DNA from: a virus
Reading direction: 5' to 3' (one strand)
DNA length: 34,660 bases
IMG/VR virus record: IMGVR_UViG_3300017720_000026
The notes beneath the pieces were generated by a model that did not search any database, had not been told where the DNA came from, and saw nothing but the letters and a program-made list of their open reading frames with translations. A program made the translations under genes and the position numbers. This document shows positions 22,219 to 31,006 of the stretch, in pieces (within the stretch, counting starts at the first letter, position 1; each line of letters starts with the position of its first letter).

Positions 22219-22362
22219 AGAGAATTAAGTACTGGTTTAGGTGGGGCTTGAGATGCTGGTGGAGACACACGGTTCACTTTAGGAATTGGGCAGAAGGTAA
22301 GAATAAAAATATTCCTAAGTATCTCTCTGGAAAATCTAACGACTCCTAACAACGTCTAGGCC

Positions 22363-22394
22363 GCAACGGGAGCAGATAAACCTGCTTTCGTTGC
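22363..22394 (+). terminator. Hairpin terminator candidate at the convergence of the two arms
   Basis: gcaacgggagcag (22363..22375) pairs with ctgctttcgttgc (22382..22394): a 13-bp stem with 2 G-U pairs and a 6-nt loop. It is followed by ttcctggattctt. The stem is more stable in the plus sense. Confidence 0.5.
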
Positions 22395-22451
22395 TTCCTG
22401 GATTCTTATGACCAAACACAAAGCAGATAAGTTTGATAATTTTCTGTTTCA

Positions 22452-22676
22452 TTATGCCTTTCTTTTCTTTCCTGATGCAGTTACTGACCACTTAACTTTA
22501 GATGGACCAGTCTTTTTACGTGCCTCTGACTTGGACACACGGGACGCTACGGCCTTAGGACGGCAAGCAGGGTACGCTCTCTTGTCGTTCTTACCGCTAC
22601 GTCCACAAGGTTTGCCAGTCTTGACGTCAACCCACTCTTCGTCAAACCACTTACCAAGACCACCCTTCTTAGCCAC
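22452..22676 (-). CDS. Small polybasic protein (74 aa), last gene of the leftward arm
   Basis: GTG start. MAKKGGLGKWFDEEWVDVKTGKPCGR...SGKKRKA. The C-terminal KKRKA is also found on 22845..23027. Confidence 0.55.
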   Translation of the reverse strand: MAKKGGLGKWFDEEWVDVKTGKPCGRSGKNDKRAYPACRPKAVASRVSKSEARKKTGPSKVKWSVTASGKKRKA

Positions 22677-22845
22677 GTTTCTTTGCCTTTACCTTGGCCG
22701 TCTTTGATAGGTCTCCAAAGTGGTACAAACGTTTGCTAGTCTTGCCGTGAGTTTTACCTGAGTGTAGCTGACCGTTGGGCATCTTGTGCATCCCGCCCTT
22801 GTGTTCAGTCCCGTCTTTGAAGTAATGCTTTACACCTTTAGCCAT
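22669..22845 (-). CDS. Small basic His/Lys-rich protein (58 aa, below ORF-track cutoff)
   Basis: Hand translation: MAKGVKHYFKDGTEHKGGMHKMPNGQLHSGKTHGKTSKRLYHFGDLSKTAKVKAKKRG. TAATG overlap at 22845. Confidence 0.5.
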   Translation of the reverse strand: MAKGVKHYFKDGTEHKGGMHKMPNGQLHSGKTHGKTSKRLYHFGDLSKTAKVKAKKRG

Positions 22846-23027
22846 TATGCTTTCCTCTTCTTTTTCTTCTTAACTCTATTGTCCGTCCCTCTCCAGGTTC
22901 CCCCCATTCTTTTGTATTCCTTAGCAGCCCAAGCGTTAGCATAGGCACTGGGGTACACTTTAAATTTCTTCTTGGCTTTGGCCTTAGCTCTGGACCACTT
23001 GCCGGGATCATTAGGTATCGAAGCCAT
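22845..23027 (-). CDS. Small polybasic protein (60 aa)
   Basis: ...KVYPSAYANAWAAKEYKRMGGTW...KKKKKRKA. I recognise the SAYAN-WA-K-Y motif from hypothetical proteins of marine viruses. Confidence 0.6.
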   Translation of the reverse strand: MASIPNDPGKWSRAKAKAKKKFKVYPSAYANAWAAKEYKRMGGTWRGTDNRVKKKKKRKA

Positions 23028-24685
23028 TACTGCTGCCCCTCTTCTTCTCTTGTTAAAGGTCTTCCTACTCTTGACGGTCCAAAAATAACAGCTTCTTTAA
23101 ATAACCCACCAAAATCTCTAGCGGTTGGTTGTAAGTTAGCGACTGCTTGGGCTCTTCCCCACTGTTCTCTTGTTTTAAAACCAGCGGGTATCTTTCCTGA
23201 AAGATTTACACCGGGAATCTTTTTATAATTTTCTATAGCCTTTTGCTCTGCCTGTTGTTTTTTCTTTTGAAATTTATTTTTAGCTCTAACTTGAGTAGCC
23301 GTAAGTTTTTTACCCTTAACTAAGTCATAGACAATAGGTTCTGAAACATTCATGTATCTGTCTGCTCCAGGTAACTTACCTATTTCATCTGTTATTTTTC
23401 TTACTCTTTCTGGAAGCCTTCCTAAATCATGTTCATCGTTAACAATTGTAGTTACTTGTCCTCTTTTATTTATAGCAGACATGTAATTTACACCGCCTAA
23501 TTCCCAAGCATCTGATTTGCCCGATCCAGTTATAATTGCAGGTTTTCCTTTAAGGACTGCATCTGGATTTAAAACATTTACTCCTGCTTTTTCTAACTTA
23601 TTTAAAAATGTTTTGTCGGAGTTATAGCCTTTTCCACCAGAAAAAACTCTTTCTTTAATGTTGTTTAAACTTAGATTACCATACACTTTTGCTGACATTC
23701 CAGGGTCTAACTCTCCTGCTGATCCCGTGTGAACTTTTCTTATGTTCATTTGATAATTTTTTTTAGGATTCATTCCTATGTCTGGATGAGTTTTTATCTT
23801 GTTAAAAATCTCTTCAACTCCTTCTCTTCCAATACCAGTAGGAACTAAATCTTCTACCGTATCAAAGTAATCTTTAGAATTAAAAGATTTAAAAGTTTTA
23901 ACATGGTCAATCTCATCTATATTTCTTAAGAAACCTTTGTCAGTTCCGTACTGGTTAATCATAGAACGTGATTGATTAAGCTGCCCCATTGCTTTTTTAC
24001 CGGCAGCGTTAGCGGTAGACCTTAATTGTTGAGCGTTTTTAGTTAACTTTTCAAACTCTTTTGTTTCTACAGGTATTGTTTTACCCTTGTCTTTTCCACT
24101 TTTAACTTTTCTATATTTTCCTGTGTACGCTTTGCCTGTTTCCTTCATTGTTTTTATTTGTTTTTCTAAAGGTTTTAACTGAGTAGTTACTTTTTCAGAT
24201 ACTCTTAAGGCTTCTCTAGCTGCCCTTTGATCTGCTGCACTAATATTAAATTCATTTTGAATAGCTCTGCTTTCAGGACCATACCTGGCTTGAGCTAGAT
24301 TTCTAAGTCCTTCTGGAAGAGTTTTTCCAAAAGCACCTACCCGTCCTAACTCACCTCCTGGCGCATAAAAACCAGGAATATCGTTTCTTAAATTAGTAAA
24401 GGCTTTTTGTGCAGTTCTAGTGACACTAGCTCCAGGTACAAAAGGTAACAAACCAACAGCCCCAAGAGCTATGTTTGTAACTGAAGGTTCTTTGTAAATA
24501 GCTACAGCATCAGCGGCTGCTCCTATTATATCTCCAACTACAGGCAGAGGAGCAGAGAGAAGAGCCATACGATCTAAAAAAGACATGTTGTCCCATACAT
24601 CCTGAGATACATTAGCTGCTTTACTAAACATACCTTGCATTTCTTCAGCTTGTTTTTTAAATATGGGAAGTGGTTCTTCAGCCAT
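23027..24685 (-). CDS. Large structural-module protein (552 aa), putative internal/ejected virion protein
   Basis: Long ORF with a TAATG overlap to the upstream gene. No enzymatic motif recognised. Confidence 0.6.
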   Translation of the reverse strand: MAEEPLPIFKKQAEEMQGMFSKAANVSQDVWDNMSFLDRMALLSAPLPVVGDIIGAAADAVAIYKEPSVTNIALGAVGLLPFVPGASVTRTAQKAFTNLRNDIPGFYAPGGELGRVGAFGKTLPEGLRNLAQARYGPESRAIQNEFNISAADQRAAREALRVSEKVTTQLKPLEKQIKTMKETGKAYTGKYRKVKSGKDKGKTIPVETKEFEKLTKNAQQLRSTANAAGKKAMGQLNQSRSMINQYGTDKGFLRNIDEIDHVKTFKSFNSKDYFDTVEDLVPTGIGREGVEEIFNKIKTHPDIGMNPKKNYQMNIRKVHTGSAGELDPGMSAKVYGNLSLNNIKERVFSGGKGYNSDKTFLNKLEKAGVNVLNPDAVLKGKPAIITGSGKSDAWELGGVNYMSAINKRGQVTTIVNDEHDLGRLPERVRKITDEIGKLPGADRYMNVSEPIVYDLVKGKKLTATQVRAKNKFQKKKQQAEQKAIENYKKIPGVNLSGKIPAGFKTREQWGRAQAVANLQPTARDFGGLFKEAVIFGPSRVGRPLTREEEGQQ

Positions 24686-27630
24686 TAATCTATATCTACC
24701 CTCATGTTTTCTTTAAATTTCTTTTCGGCATCTTTTTCCATGCCACCAAAAATCCACTGGTATGCTAACTTACCTACAATCGGAAGAGGTTTAATCATAC
24801 GTGCTATTGCCTCTTCGTAGTTAGGGTTTTTCTTTGCCATCTCTTGTGGAAGCTCAAAGAGAGACTCAATTAAATTAGACGGAGGAGCTACGATGTTAGC
24901 AAGGCCCTCTACAACTTTACCCTGAGAAAAATATCTTTCAGTAGAGTACTTGTTTATTCCATAGACTCCAAGGACTCCAAAGATTGCCCTGTCTGGAATA
25001 CTTTCTACGTCTACCTCTTTGCCTTGTAAGATATCCTTTATGACAGACGAAGTAACATTAGAAGCCGCAAGGTAGGTTGTAAGAGCAGCTAAGTTTTTAA
25101 CACCCTCAACTCGTTTGCCCTTAGTCAATAACTTCTGACCTACTTCTCTTCTTAAAATATCGTACTGTTTTAAGGTAAAAGATTTGAGCATGTAGAGCAG
25201 TCTGGTCTTTTGACCTCTTAGGTATGCTTCGGGTAGTTCGCTAAGAGTTACGGGTTGAAACTCCGTAAGGTCAGAAAATGCCATAACTTTAACATGGTCA
25301 GTTATCTGTTTATTTTTTAAGTCAAGAACAAGATCATTAAATTCATCACCAAAAAACTGTCCGTACTTTTCTCTAAGTTTAGCTATTCCTTTTTCGGACT
25401 TAGCCCAACCCATGTTTTTTCTTAGAGAAGCGTTAATTAAAGTTTCTTTACCCAGGCGATCTAATCTTTTAAACCCTGAGTATTTTAAACCTGCATTTAA
25501 AGCACTGGCAAATTTACTGGGGTCAGAAAACTCTCTGGATATTTCTTCTGCTAATCCAATGTCATCTAAAGTTATCCGTTGTTTTCCAACTATAGATCGG
25601 GCAAGTCCTATTGCAGTATTTACAGGTCCCTTAATTGCAGCGGCACTTCCCAAGTCCCCTATCTGAGTTATGGCCGAAAGAGGATTGGCAATAGTTCCTC
25701 CATATCCTAGGTCCCTTAAAACTTTAACGGCACTACTAACTGTTTTTTCACCATGAACAAAACGAGCCTCTAGTAATTCCTGAATTAAATCTTGGTTTTC
25801 AGCCTTTAAAGTTCCGTTACGAATTTCCGGTGCAAGTAGGTCAGCTATGCCGCCCCTTAAATCTTCATCAGTATTGTGACCCGCACCACGCCCAGTGTTC
25901 TTTAGTTCTCCATAGAAAAACCTATTCTTTTCAATATCGTTTATGGCATTTCTAATGTACTGCGTAAGTGCTACCTCAGAAGGATTATACAAATCCATGT
26001 CATTGGGAGATATTTGACCCACAGTTCTCCGTCCTCCTGATGGACCACCTATGTCTTTTCTGCTGGCCGCAAACACGGGTTTACCTTTATGCTCAAAAAC
26101 TTTTCTACCACTTAAAACATTCTCAACAATCTTAGCCGTAGTATCATTAGATAACTCGCTGGGACTTACTCCCTTTATTTTAGCGTATTTTCTTACTTCG
26201 TTAGTGTAAAGACCCTTGCTAATTTTAGAGTAGTCTTTAATTGACCTAGGCAGATAGTTTTCTATACCATCAAACTCTCTTCCTATTTTAGCGTAGTCAT
26301 CTTGAATTGTTTTTAAAACTTTAACTACAGCATCAAAGGCTTCATTAGCTTCTGGAGCAACCCTACTCAACTGGTTACGAGCTAAGTCAAACTCTCCATT
26401 AAACAACAGACGATCTATATCCTGCTTAATGGCTGGTTGTAACCTAGTCATTGCAGCCATAAAGGGCTCTACTAATTTTAAAGTTTCATTTGTTCGTATG
26501 GCAGCAGTAGCTTCAAATCTACCAAGCCTGTCTGCAATACCGGAGTGTACGTTGTAAATTCTTGTTTTTAAAGAACCAAAAATTTTATCGGCTGTCTTAG
26601 ATACCTGACGTAATTTTGATTCATCGTTACGTAAAGCAGTGTTTACAGCATCATCTGAGTCTGGCTTTACTTTAACGTATGGATTTCTTTTGGCTACCTG
26701 TGCTGCTCTATCTACTTTAGCTTGACTTAACCCCAGGTCCTCTATGATCTTAGGAACATCAGCTTCCGTTACGGTTTCTCCTTCATCTACTTTTTTAGCT
26801 ATGGCGTTATCTACTTTATTTATTGTTCTATTGGCTAACTTTTGTGTTACTTTATCTACACCAAACTTAACTGTAACTCCACCTAACGCACCTACCCCTG
26901 CCATCTTAGCAGTTTCTACGGGGTCTACTTCTCCAGTGGTCCTAAATTGTTCAGAGGCAGAGTAGGAACCTCCAATACCTGCTCCTATTCCAGCAGCCGC
27001 ACGATACGTCTGACCCGCTGGAAGTGCTATAGTAGGAGATGCAACAGCGCCTAGTACTTTTCCTGTTGTTATTGCTCCTGTATCTTGCTTCATCATTTCT
27101 GGGCTGTAGTCTTGCATCAATTCTCTTTCTCGCGCCCTTAAAATCATTTCTCTGCGTTCTTCTGAAGAGGCTTCATTAAACCCTTCTCCATATGCTTGTT
27201 CAGGAGATATGTAAGAAAATCCTGAAAAAGGAATAAACATAGAAGACTTAGAAAAATCAAAATCAAATCTTCCTAGTGGAAAATAAGACTCAATAATATC
27301 TCCAAGGCTTGCTTCGGGAGTTAAAGTAGAATCCCATCCGTACTTTATTTGTTGATAAATCTCATCATGTTTTACTTTTTTAAGTTTAGTACCATCGTTT
27401 ATTAACTCGTCTCCTACTTCTGCTCCGTCTCTTCTAAGTGCAGGATAGGTATCAATGTCTTCTTGAGTTATGACATAGCCTTTTTCTCGCCGGTCTCCTT
27501 CTTGTGAAAACACACGATTAAGTTTAGTACCATTTTCAGACAAAGTATCCCCAGGCAACGCTCCGTCTTTCTGTAAATTGGGGTTGCTAAGGATGTCTTG
27601 AGCGGTTATTGTGTATGCTTCGTCAGCCAC
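24685..27630 (-). CDS. Very large virion protein (981 aa), putative internal core protein (gp16-position analogue)
   Basis: Largest ORF of the structural arm. It has an N-terminal 35-aa tandem duplication. No catalytic motif recognised. Confidence 0.6.
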   Translation of the reverse strand: MADEAYTITAQDILSNPNLQKDGALPGDTLSENGTKLNRVFSQEGDRREKGYVITQEDIDTYPALRRDGAEVGDELINDGTKLKKVKHDEIYQQIKYGWDSTLTPEASLGDIIESYFPLGRFDFDFSKSSMFIPFSGFSYISPEQAYGEGFNEASSEERREMILRARERELMQDYSPEMMKQDTGAITTGKVLGAVASPTIALPAGQTYRAAAGIGAGIGGSYSASEQFRTTGEVDPVETAKMAGVGALGGVTVKFGVDKVTQKLANRTINKVDNAIAKKVDEGETVTEADVPKIIEDLGLSQAKVDRAAQVAKRNPYVKVKPDSDDAVNTALRNDESKLRQVSKTADKIFGSLKTRIYNVHSGIADRLGRFEATAAIRTNETLKLVEPFMAAMTRLQPAIKQDIDRLLFNGEFDLARNQLSRVAPEANEAFDAVVKVLKTIQDDYAKIGREFDGIENYLPRSIKDYSKISKGLYTNEVRKYAKIKGVSPSELSNDTTAKIVENVLSGRKVFEHKGKPVFAASRKDIGGPSGGRRTVGQISPNDMDLYNPSEVALTQYIRNAINDIEKNRFFYGELKNTGRGAGHNTDEDLRGGIADLLAPEIRNGTLKAENQDLIQELLEARFVHGEKTVSSAVKVLRDLGYGGTIANPLSAITQIGDLGSAAAIKGPVNTAIGLARSIVGKQRITLDDIGLAEEISREFSDPSKFASALNAGLKYSGFKRLDRLGKETLINASLRKNMGWAKSEKGIAKLREKYGQFFGDEFNDLVLDLKNKQITDHVKVMAFSDLTEFQPVTLSELPEAYLRGQKTRLLYMLKSFTLKQYDILRREVGQKLLTKGKRVEGVKNLAALTTYLAASNVTSSVIKDILQGKEVDVESIPDRAIFGVLGVYGINKYSTERYFSQGKVVEGLANIVAPPSNLIESLFELPQEMAKKNPNYEEAIARMIKPLPIVGKLAYQWIFGGMEKDAEKKFKENMRVDID

Positions 27631-27632
27631 TA

Positions 27633-28718
27633 CTAATTCTCACTTACATAGTTAGCAGCATCTGATTGTGTTCTTGTAGCAGGTGGTGTTGCTCTACTAC
27701 CCCCTTGAGTATCTGAAGGATTAGTATTACCACTGGCAAGGTTTCTTATTGCTTCTTTTAAAGCATCTTCGAGACTTATATTTGTACCACTCAGTCTTGC
27801 TTTATTTAAAATGTCTTTTGCTTGTTGACCAATACGAACTTTTACTTCTTGGTCTACTCCTCCAAAAAACCCTTTTACAGAGTCTGGAAGTGTTTTTGCA
27901 AAATCAGGATTATCCAAGAAAGATGACATAACTGTCATTTCATCTTTATCTAAAGCATCAAAAGCAGGAAGTGCCTTTAAATCTCGATTTATTTTTTCTA
28001 TGTCTTTGGTGTATTTTTCCTGTAACTTTTTATTTTTATTAATAGCGGCTTCATTTAATTTTTGTGTAAGTTCATTTTTCTTTTCGTTAAGATCTAACCT
28101 TCTTTTAGTAGCAGTTTTTTCAAATGTAAACTTGCGTTCCCTTAAGTCTTGTTGCAGTCCAGCAATTGTTTTTTGATCAGCATTTTTTCTTTTTGCTTCT
28201 TCCAAACGGTTTTCTGCGGTTTTAACCATACGCTCATCTAATCCATACTTTCTATCTTGCTCAGTTTTCTTGGTTTCCATTTGCATTCTTTGGAAACCAG
28301 TTCCGTATTCTCTTTCGGCTTCCTTAAGAACTTCTTGAGCTTCTGACTGATAACCTCTAGCTCTAAATTCTTTGGCTAATGTTCTATATTCCTGTAAAGA
28401 AACTTTTCCGTCACCGTCAGTATCAGCATTGTTATACATAGCCAACAGGTCTTTACGATCCTTGTCTCTTTTAAGGGCCTCTTGCATCCTAGGGTCCATA
28501 CGTACTTTCCCCTCACCCCCAAGAAGTCCAGTGAGTCCAGTACCCATGCCGCTTATGGCCTCCTGCATACCCTGTCCTGCCATAGCACGGGCTCTTACCA
28601 GAGGGTTACTAAAGCCAGCACCAGCGTCTCGAATACGTTTTTCTTGTTCCAACTGCATAAGCCTCTGGATTTCTCCAGCGGTGTTCATAGGTTTAGTTGC
28701 AAATAATCCATTAGCCAT
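27633..28718 (-). CDS. Coiled-coil virion protein with a canonical EF-hand loop
   Basis: 361 aa. DLLAMYNNADTDGDGKVSLQEYRTLAKEF fits the 12-residue EF-hand loop DxDxDGxVxxxE flanked by helices. The rest is K/E-rich coil. Confidence 0.6.
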   Translation of the reverse strand: MANGLFATKPMNTAGEIQRLMQLEQEKRIRDAGAGFSNPLVRARAMAGQGMQEAISGMGTGLTGLLGGEGKVRMDPRMQEALKRDKDRKDLLAMYNNADTDGDGKVSLQEYRTLAKEFRARGYQSEAQEVLKEAEREYGTGFQRMQMETKKTEQDRKYGLDERMVKTAENRLEEAKRKNADQKTIAGLQQDLRERKFTFEKTATKRRLDLNEKKNELTQKLNEAAINKNKKLQEKYTKDIEKINRDLKALPAFDALDKDEMTVMSSFLDNPDFAKTLPDSVKGFFGGVDQEVKVRIGQQAKDILNKARLSGTNISLEDALKEAIRNLASGNTNPSDTQGGSRATPPATRTQSDAANYVSEN

Positions 28719-28731
28719 TCTTAAATTCCTC

Positions 28732-30207
28732 TTAAATTAAACCGTCAGTGCCAAAGTCACCTTCGCCAAAGCCCATGCTGCTCATACTACCCATGCCATC
28801 ATCAGCATCAAAATCAGTACCAATACCATCTGGATCAGGGTTGTAGTCATACATAGAAGACATTTCAGGTGCAACAGCTAAAGTATCTCTCATAGCTTCA
28901 GCTAAATTTGTTTCTTGGGTATATCCTAATCCAAGTCGATCTGCTACTGCACCCGCTTCATTTCTAATTGCTCCCGTTCCAGTAGCATCAAATTCATTTA
29001 TAGCCATTTGATTACTAGTATTGCCAAACATTACTTGACTTCCAAAAGTTGGACCGGAAAGACTAAAAGCGTTCCATACTTCTTGAGGATCATCCATAAA
29101 ATCTGGATCGTTAAGTATACCTAAAACATCTCTGGCTTCACCAAAAGATATATTTCCAGTTTTCTGATTACCTTCTTCGTCCTGCCAAGTAACATCAAAT
29201 CTTTGATTTGGGTTTTCGTTTGCTTCGTCTATAATCATTTGTTCATTAGCTTTGCTACCGTATTGAACTCCCCCTCCTCCAGGGTCAAGAGAGTCCCATT
29301 CAAACCTTCCAGAAGTTACATCAAAATTTAAGTTAGCGTCCCTAGAAGGATTGTAGTCATGGTGAAATCCCATCTTGCCTAAAAGATTAGCTCCCAATCC
29401 TAAAATATTTGCACCAGGAATAGCCTGAGTAGCTACTCCAAGTAAACCTGTTCCTAAAGCTTGTCCAACTAAACGATCTGTCGATAGTGTAGGATCAGTA
29501 AAAGCAGGATTAATTCTTCCCATTATATTAGAAGGTACAGTACCGCCATATGCACTAAGAGCCCCAGCATTATTATCAGTATTAAATAAACCACCAAGTT
29601 GACTAAAAGCGTCTGTTACTGATTGTCCAATTCCACTTACTAAATTCATGGCTCCATCAACAACAGAGTTTCCTGAGGTTTTACTCATGCTGTCATAAAA
29701 GTCTTGGCCTCTCATTTTTACAAAACCATCATAATTAGGAGAGAAACGACCTGTGCTTTCGTTTCCACGATAACTAGGGCTAAGAAGTGAGTTAGCCACT
29801 CCGCTCTGAAGATCGTTAAACTCATCAAAGGTTACGTCACGTAAAGATGCATATTCTCCTGTATTAGGATCAAGCATTGGCACTCCTTGTTCAGGAAGGC
29901 CTACAAATTCTTGATTAGCAACGTCAGTTAACATAGCTTGAAAAGCAGGATCAGTATCATCTGAAGAAAACAAACCAGAAAGAAAATCTGATAAAGACCC
30001 AGAGGATGCTGATGTTACCTGAGGGTTTGTATATTCTTCATCAAGACTACCAGCCTGTTCTTGTTCAGGTCCTCGTCTTCGTCTACGAGGTGGAATACGA
30101 ACAATTCCTGTCTCACCTGTCTCAGTATCCTTAACACTAATGACCCCTTGAGAAGTTAAAAACTCTCTAAGAAAGTCTGGAACATTATCGTCTACAACTA
30201 TAGCCAT
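28732..30207 (-). CDS. Putative internal virion protein (491 aa)
   Basis: Start at ATG 30207 (AAGGAA RBS, 1 nt after the upstream stop) rather than the track's 30237. G/S/N-rich sequence. Confidence 0.55.
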   Translation of the reverse strand: MAIVVDDNVPDFLREFLTSQGVISVKDTETGETGIVRIPPRRRRRGPEQEQAGSLDEEYTNPQVTSASSGSLSDFLSGLFSSDDTDPAFQAMLTDVANQEFVGLPEQGVPMLDPNTGEYASLRDVTFDEFNDLQSGVANSLLSPSYRGNESTGRFSPNYDGFVKMRGQDFYDSMSKTSGNSVVDGAMNLVSGIGQSVTDAFSQLGGLFNTDNNAGALSAYGGTVPSNIMGRINPAFTDPTLSTDRLVGQALGTGLLGVATQAIPGANILGLGANLLGKMGFHHDYNPSRDANLNFDVTSGRFEWDSLDPGGGGVQYGSKANEQMIIDEANENPNQRFDVTWQDEEGNQKTGNISFGEARDVLGILNDPDFMDDPQEVWNAFSLSGPTFGSQVMFGNTSNQMAINEFDATGTGAIRNEAGAVADRLGLGYTQETNLAEAMRDTLAVAPEMSSMYDYNPDPDGIGTDFDADDGMGSMSSMGFGEGDFGTDGLI

Positions 30208-30208
30208 G

Positions 30209-30991
30209 TTACGTTCCTTGTGGACGTTGGTATCCAAAGTTCTTTGTTATGTATCCACCCGCTCCCATTAGACCAGAGGCCAGAGGATTACCAGTACCCT
30301 GTACTGCCGCAAGAAGTCCCTGAGAAGCTGCCTGAGAAGCAAGTCCAGAAGCAGCTACCTGTCCCAGAGTTCCTCCGATACCACGGCCTACGTTAGCGTA
30401 CTGTAGCGGGATATCAAGAAGTCCAGTGGCCCTAGCCAGGTCTCCCGATTCACGCCCAAGAAGAGTATCAATTAACGCCTGAGCCCTGTTAAACCCAGCA
30501 GTCCTACGTTGTGCCTGAGAAGCCCCTATAGCCTCCTCCAGAGCCCTCTGCTCTTGTGCGCCCCCTGTACCCCCTAAGCGTCCTTGTGCTAACAGGCGGG
30601 TCTCTAAGTTCGTCCTCTGCCTATCCTCTTCCTCTTGGAAGTAAGGTTGTTGTTGTTGGTAAAACAACTCCCCAGCAGCAAAGGGGTCCATTCCTGCATA
30701 CTGTCCTGCTTGTTGACCAAACAAACCACTTCGCGTAAGGGCTCCTGAGTAGATGTTAGCAAGTTCAGGAGACAGGTTCATTAAAGCAGTTCGACTGTCA
30801 GCATCAAACTGTGCCGTACCTCCAAGACCTCCTACTCCGTAAGGTTGCGCTTGTTCTAAAGCTCCAGTAGCAGCGGCCTGGGTTGCGGCGGCTTGTTGTT
30901 GAGCAGCTTCTAAAGCATCCTTAGAGGCCTGTCGTTGCCCTAGATAACTAAGACCTCCACCAATTAAACTTCCTAAAAAATCTATAGCCAT
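30209..30991 (-). CDS. Gly/Ala/Gln-rich low-complexity virion protein (260 aa)
   Basis: AAQQQAAATQAAATGALEQAQPYGVGGLGG... The high local GC follows from this composition. Confidence 0.55.
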   Translation of the reverse strand: MAIDFLGSLIGGGLSYLGQRQASKDALEAAQQQAAATQAAATGALEQAQPYGVGGLGGTAQFDADSRTALMNLSPELANIYSGALTRSGLFGQQAGQYAGMDPFAAGELFYQQQQPYFQEEEDRQRTNLETRLLAQGRLGGTGGAQEQRALEEAIGASQAQRRTAGFNRAQALIDTLLGRESGDLARATGLLDIPLQYANVGRGIGGTLGQVAASGLASQAASQGLLAAVQGTGNPLASGLMGAGGYITKNFGYQRPQGT

Positions 30992-31006
30992 GTTATCCTC
31001 TCTATG

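Noticed and set aside
22209-22349. 46-aa Trp/Arg-rich ORF (MRLKRIKYWFRWGLRCWWRHTVHF...) overlapping the RNR stop.
   Set aside because: It has no convincing RBS and is short, and its composition could arise by chance. I kept it only as a note.
22408-22707. 99-aa + strand ORF in the convergent region.
   Set aside because: It lies antisense to the coupled polybasic genes, downstream of the hairpin terminator, and has no RBS.
28389-28430. NNADTDGDG resembles the NADFDGD catalytic motif of multisubunit RNA polymerases. It is tempting because the phage lacks a recognisable RNAP and has promoter-like conserved elements.
   Set aside because: The 12 residues DTDGDGKVSLQE fit the EF-hand loop perfectly: Gly6, hydrophobic residue at 8, Glu12, and flanking helices. 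The surrounding protein is a K/E-rich coiled coil with no double-psi beta-barrel-like context.
30209-30991. A GC-rich patch suggesting a horizontally acquired island. I counted 39/60 G+C at 30541..30600, against 24/60 at 29401..29460 in the neighbouring gene.
   Set aside because: The Gly/Ala/Gln-rich protein (GGN, GCN and CAR codons) explains the composition. The gene is tightly coupled to its neighbours.
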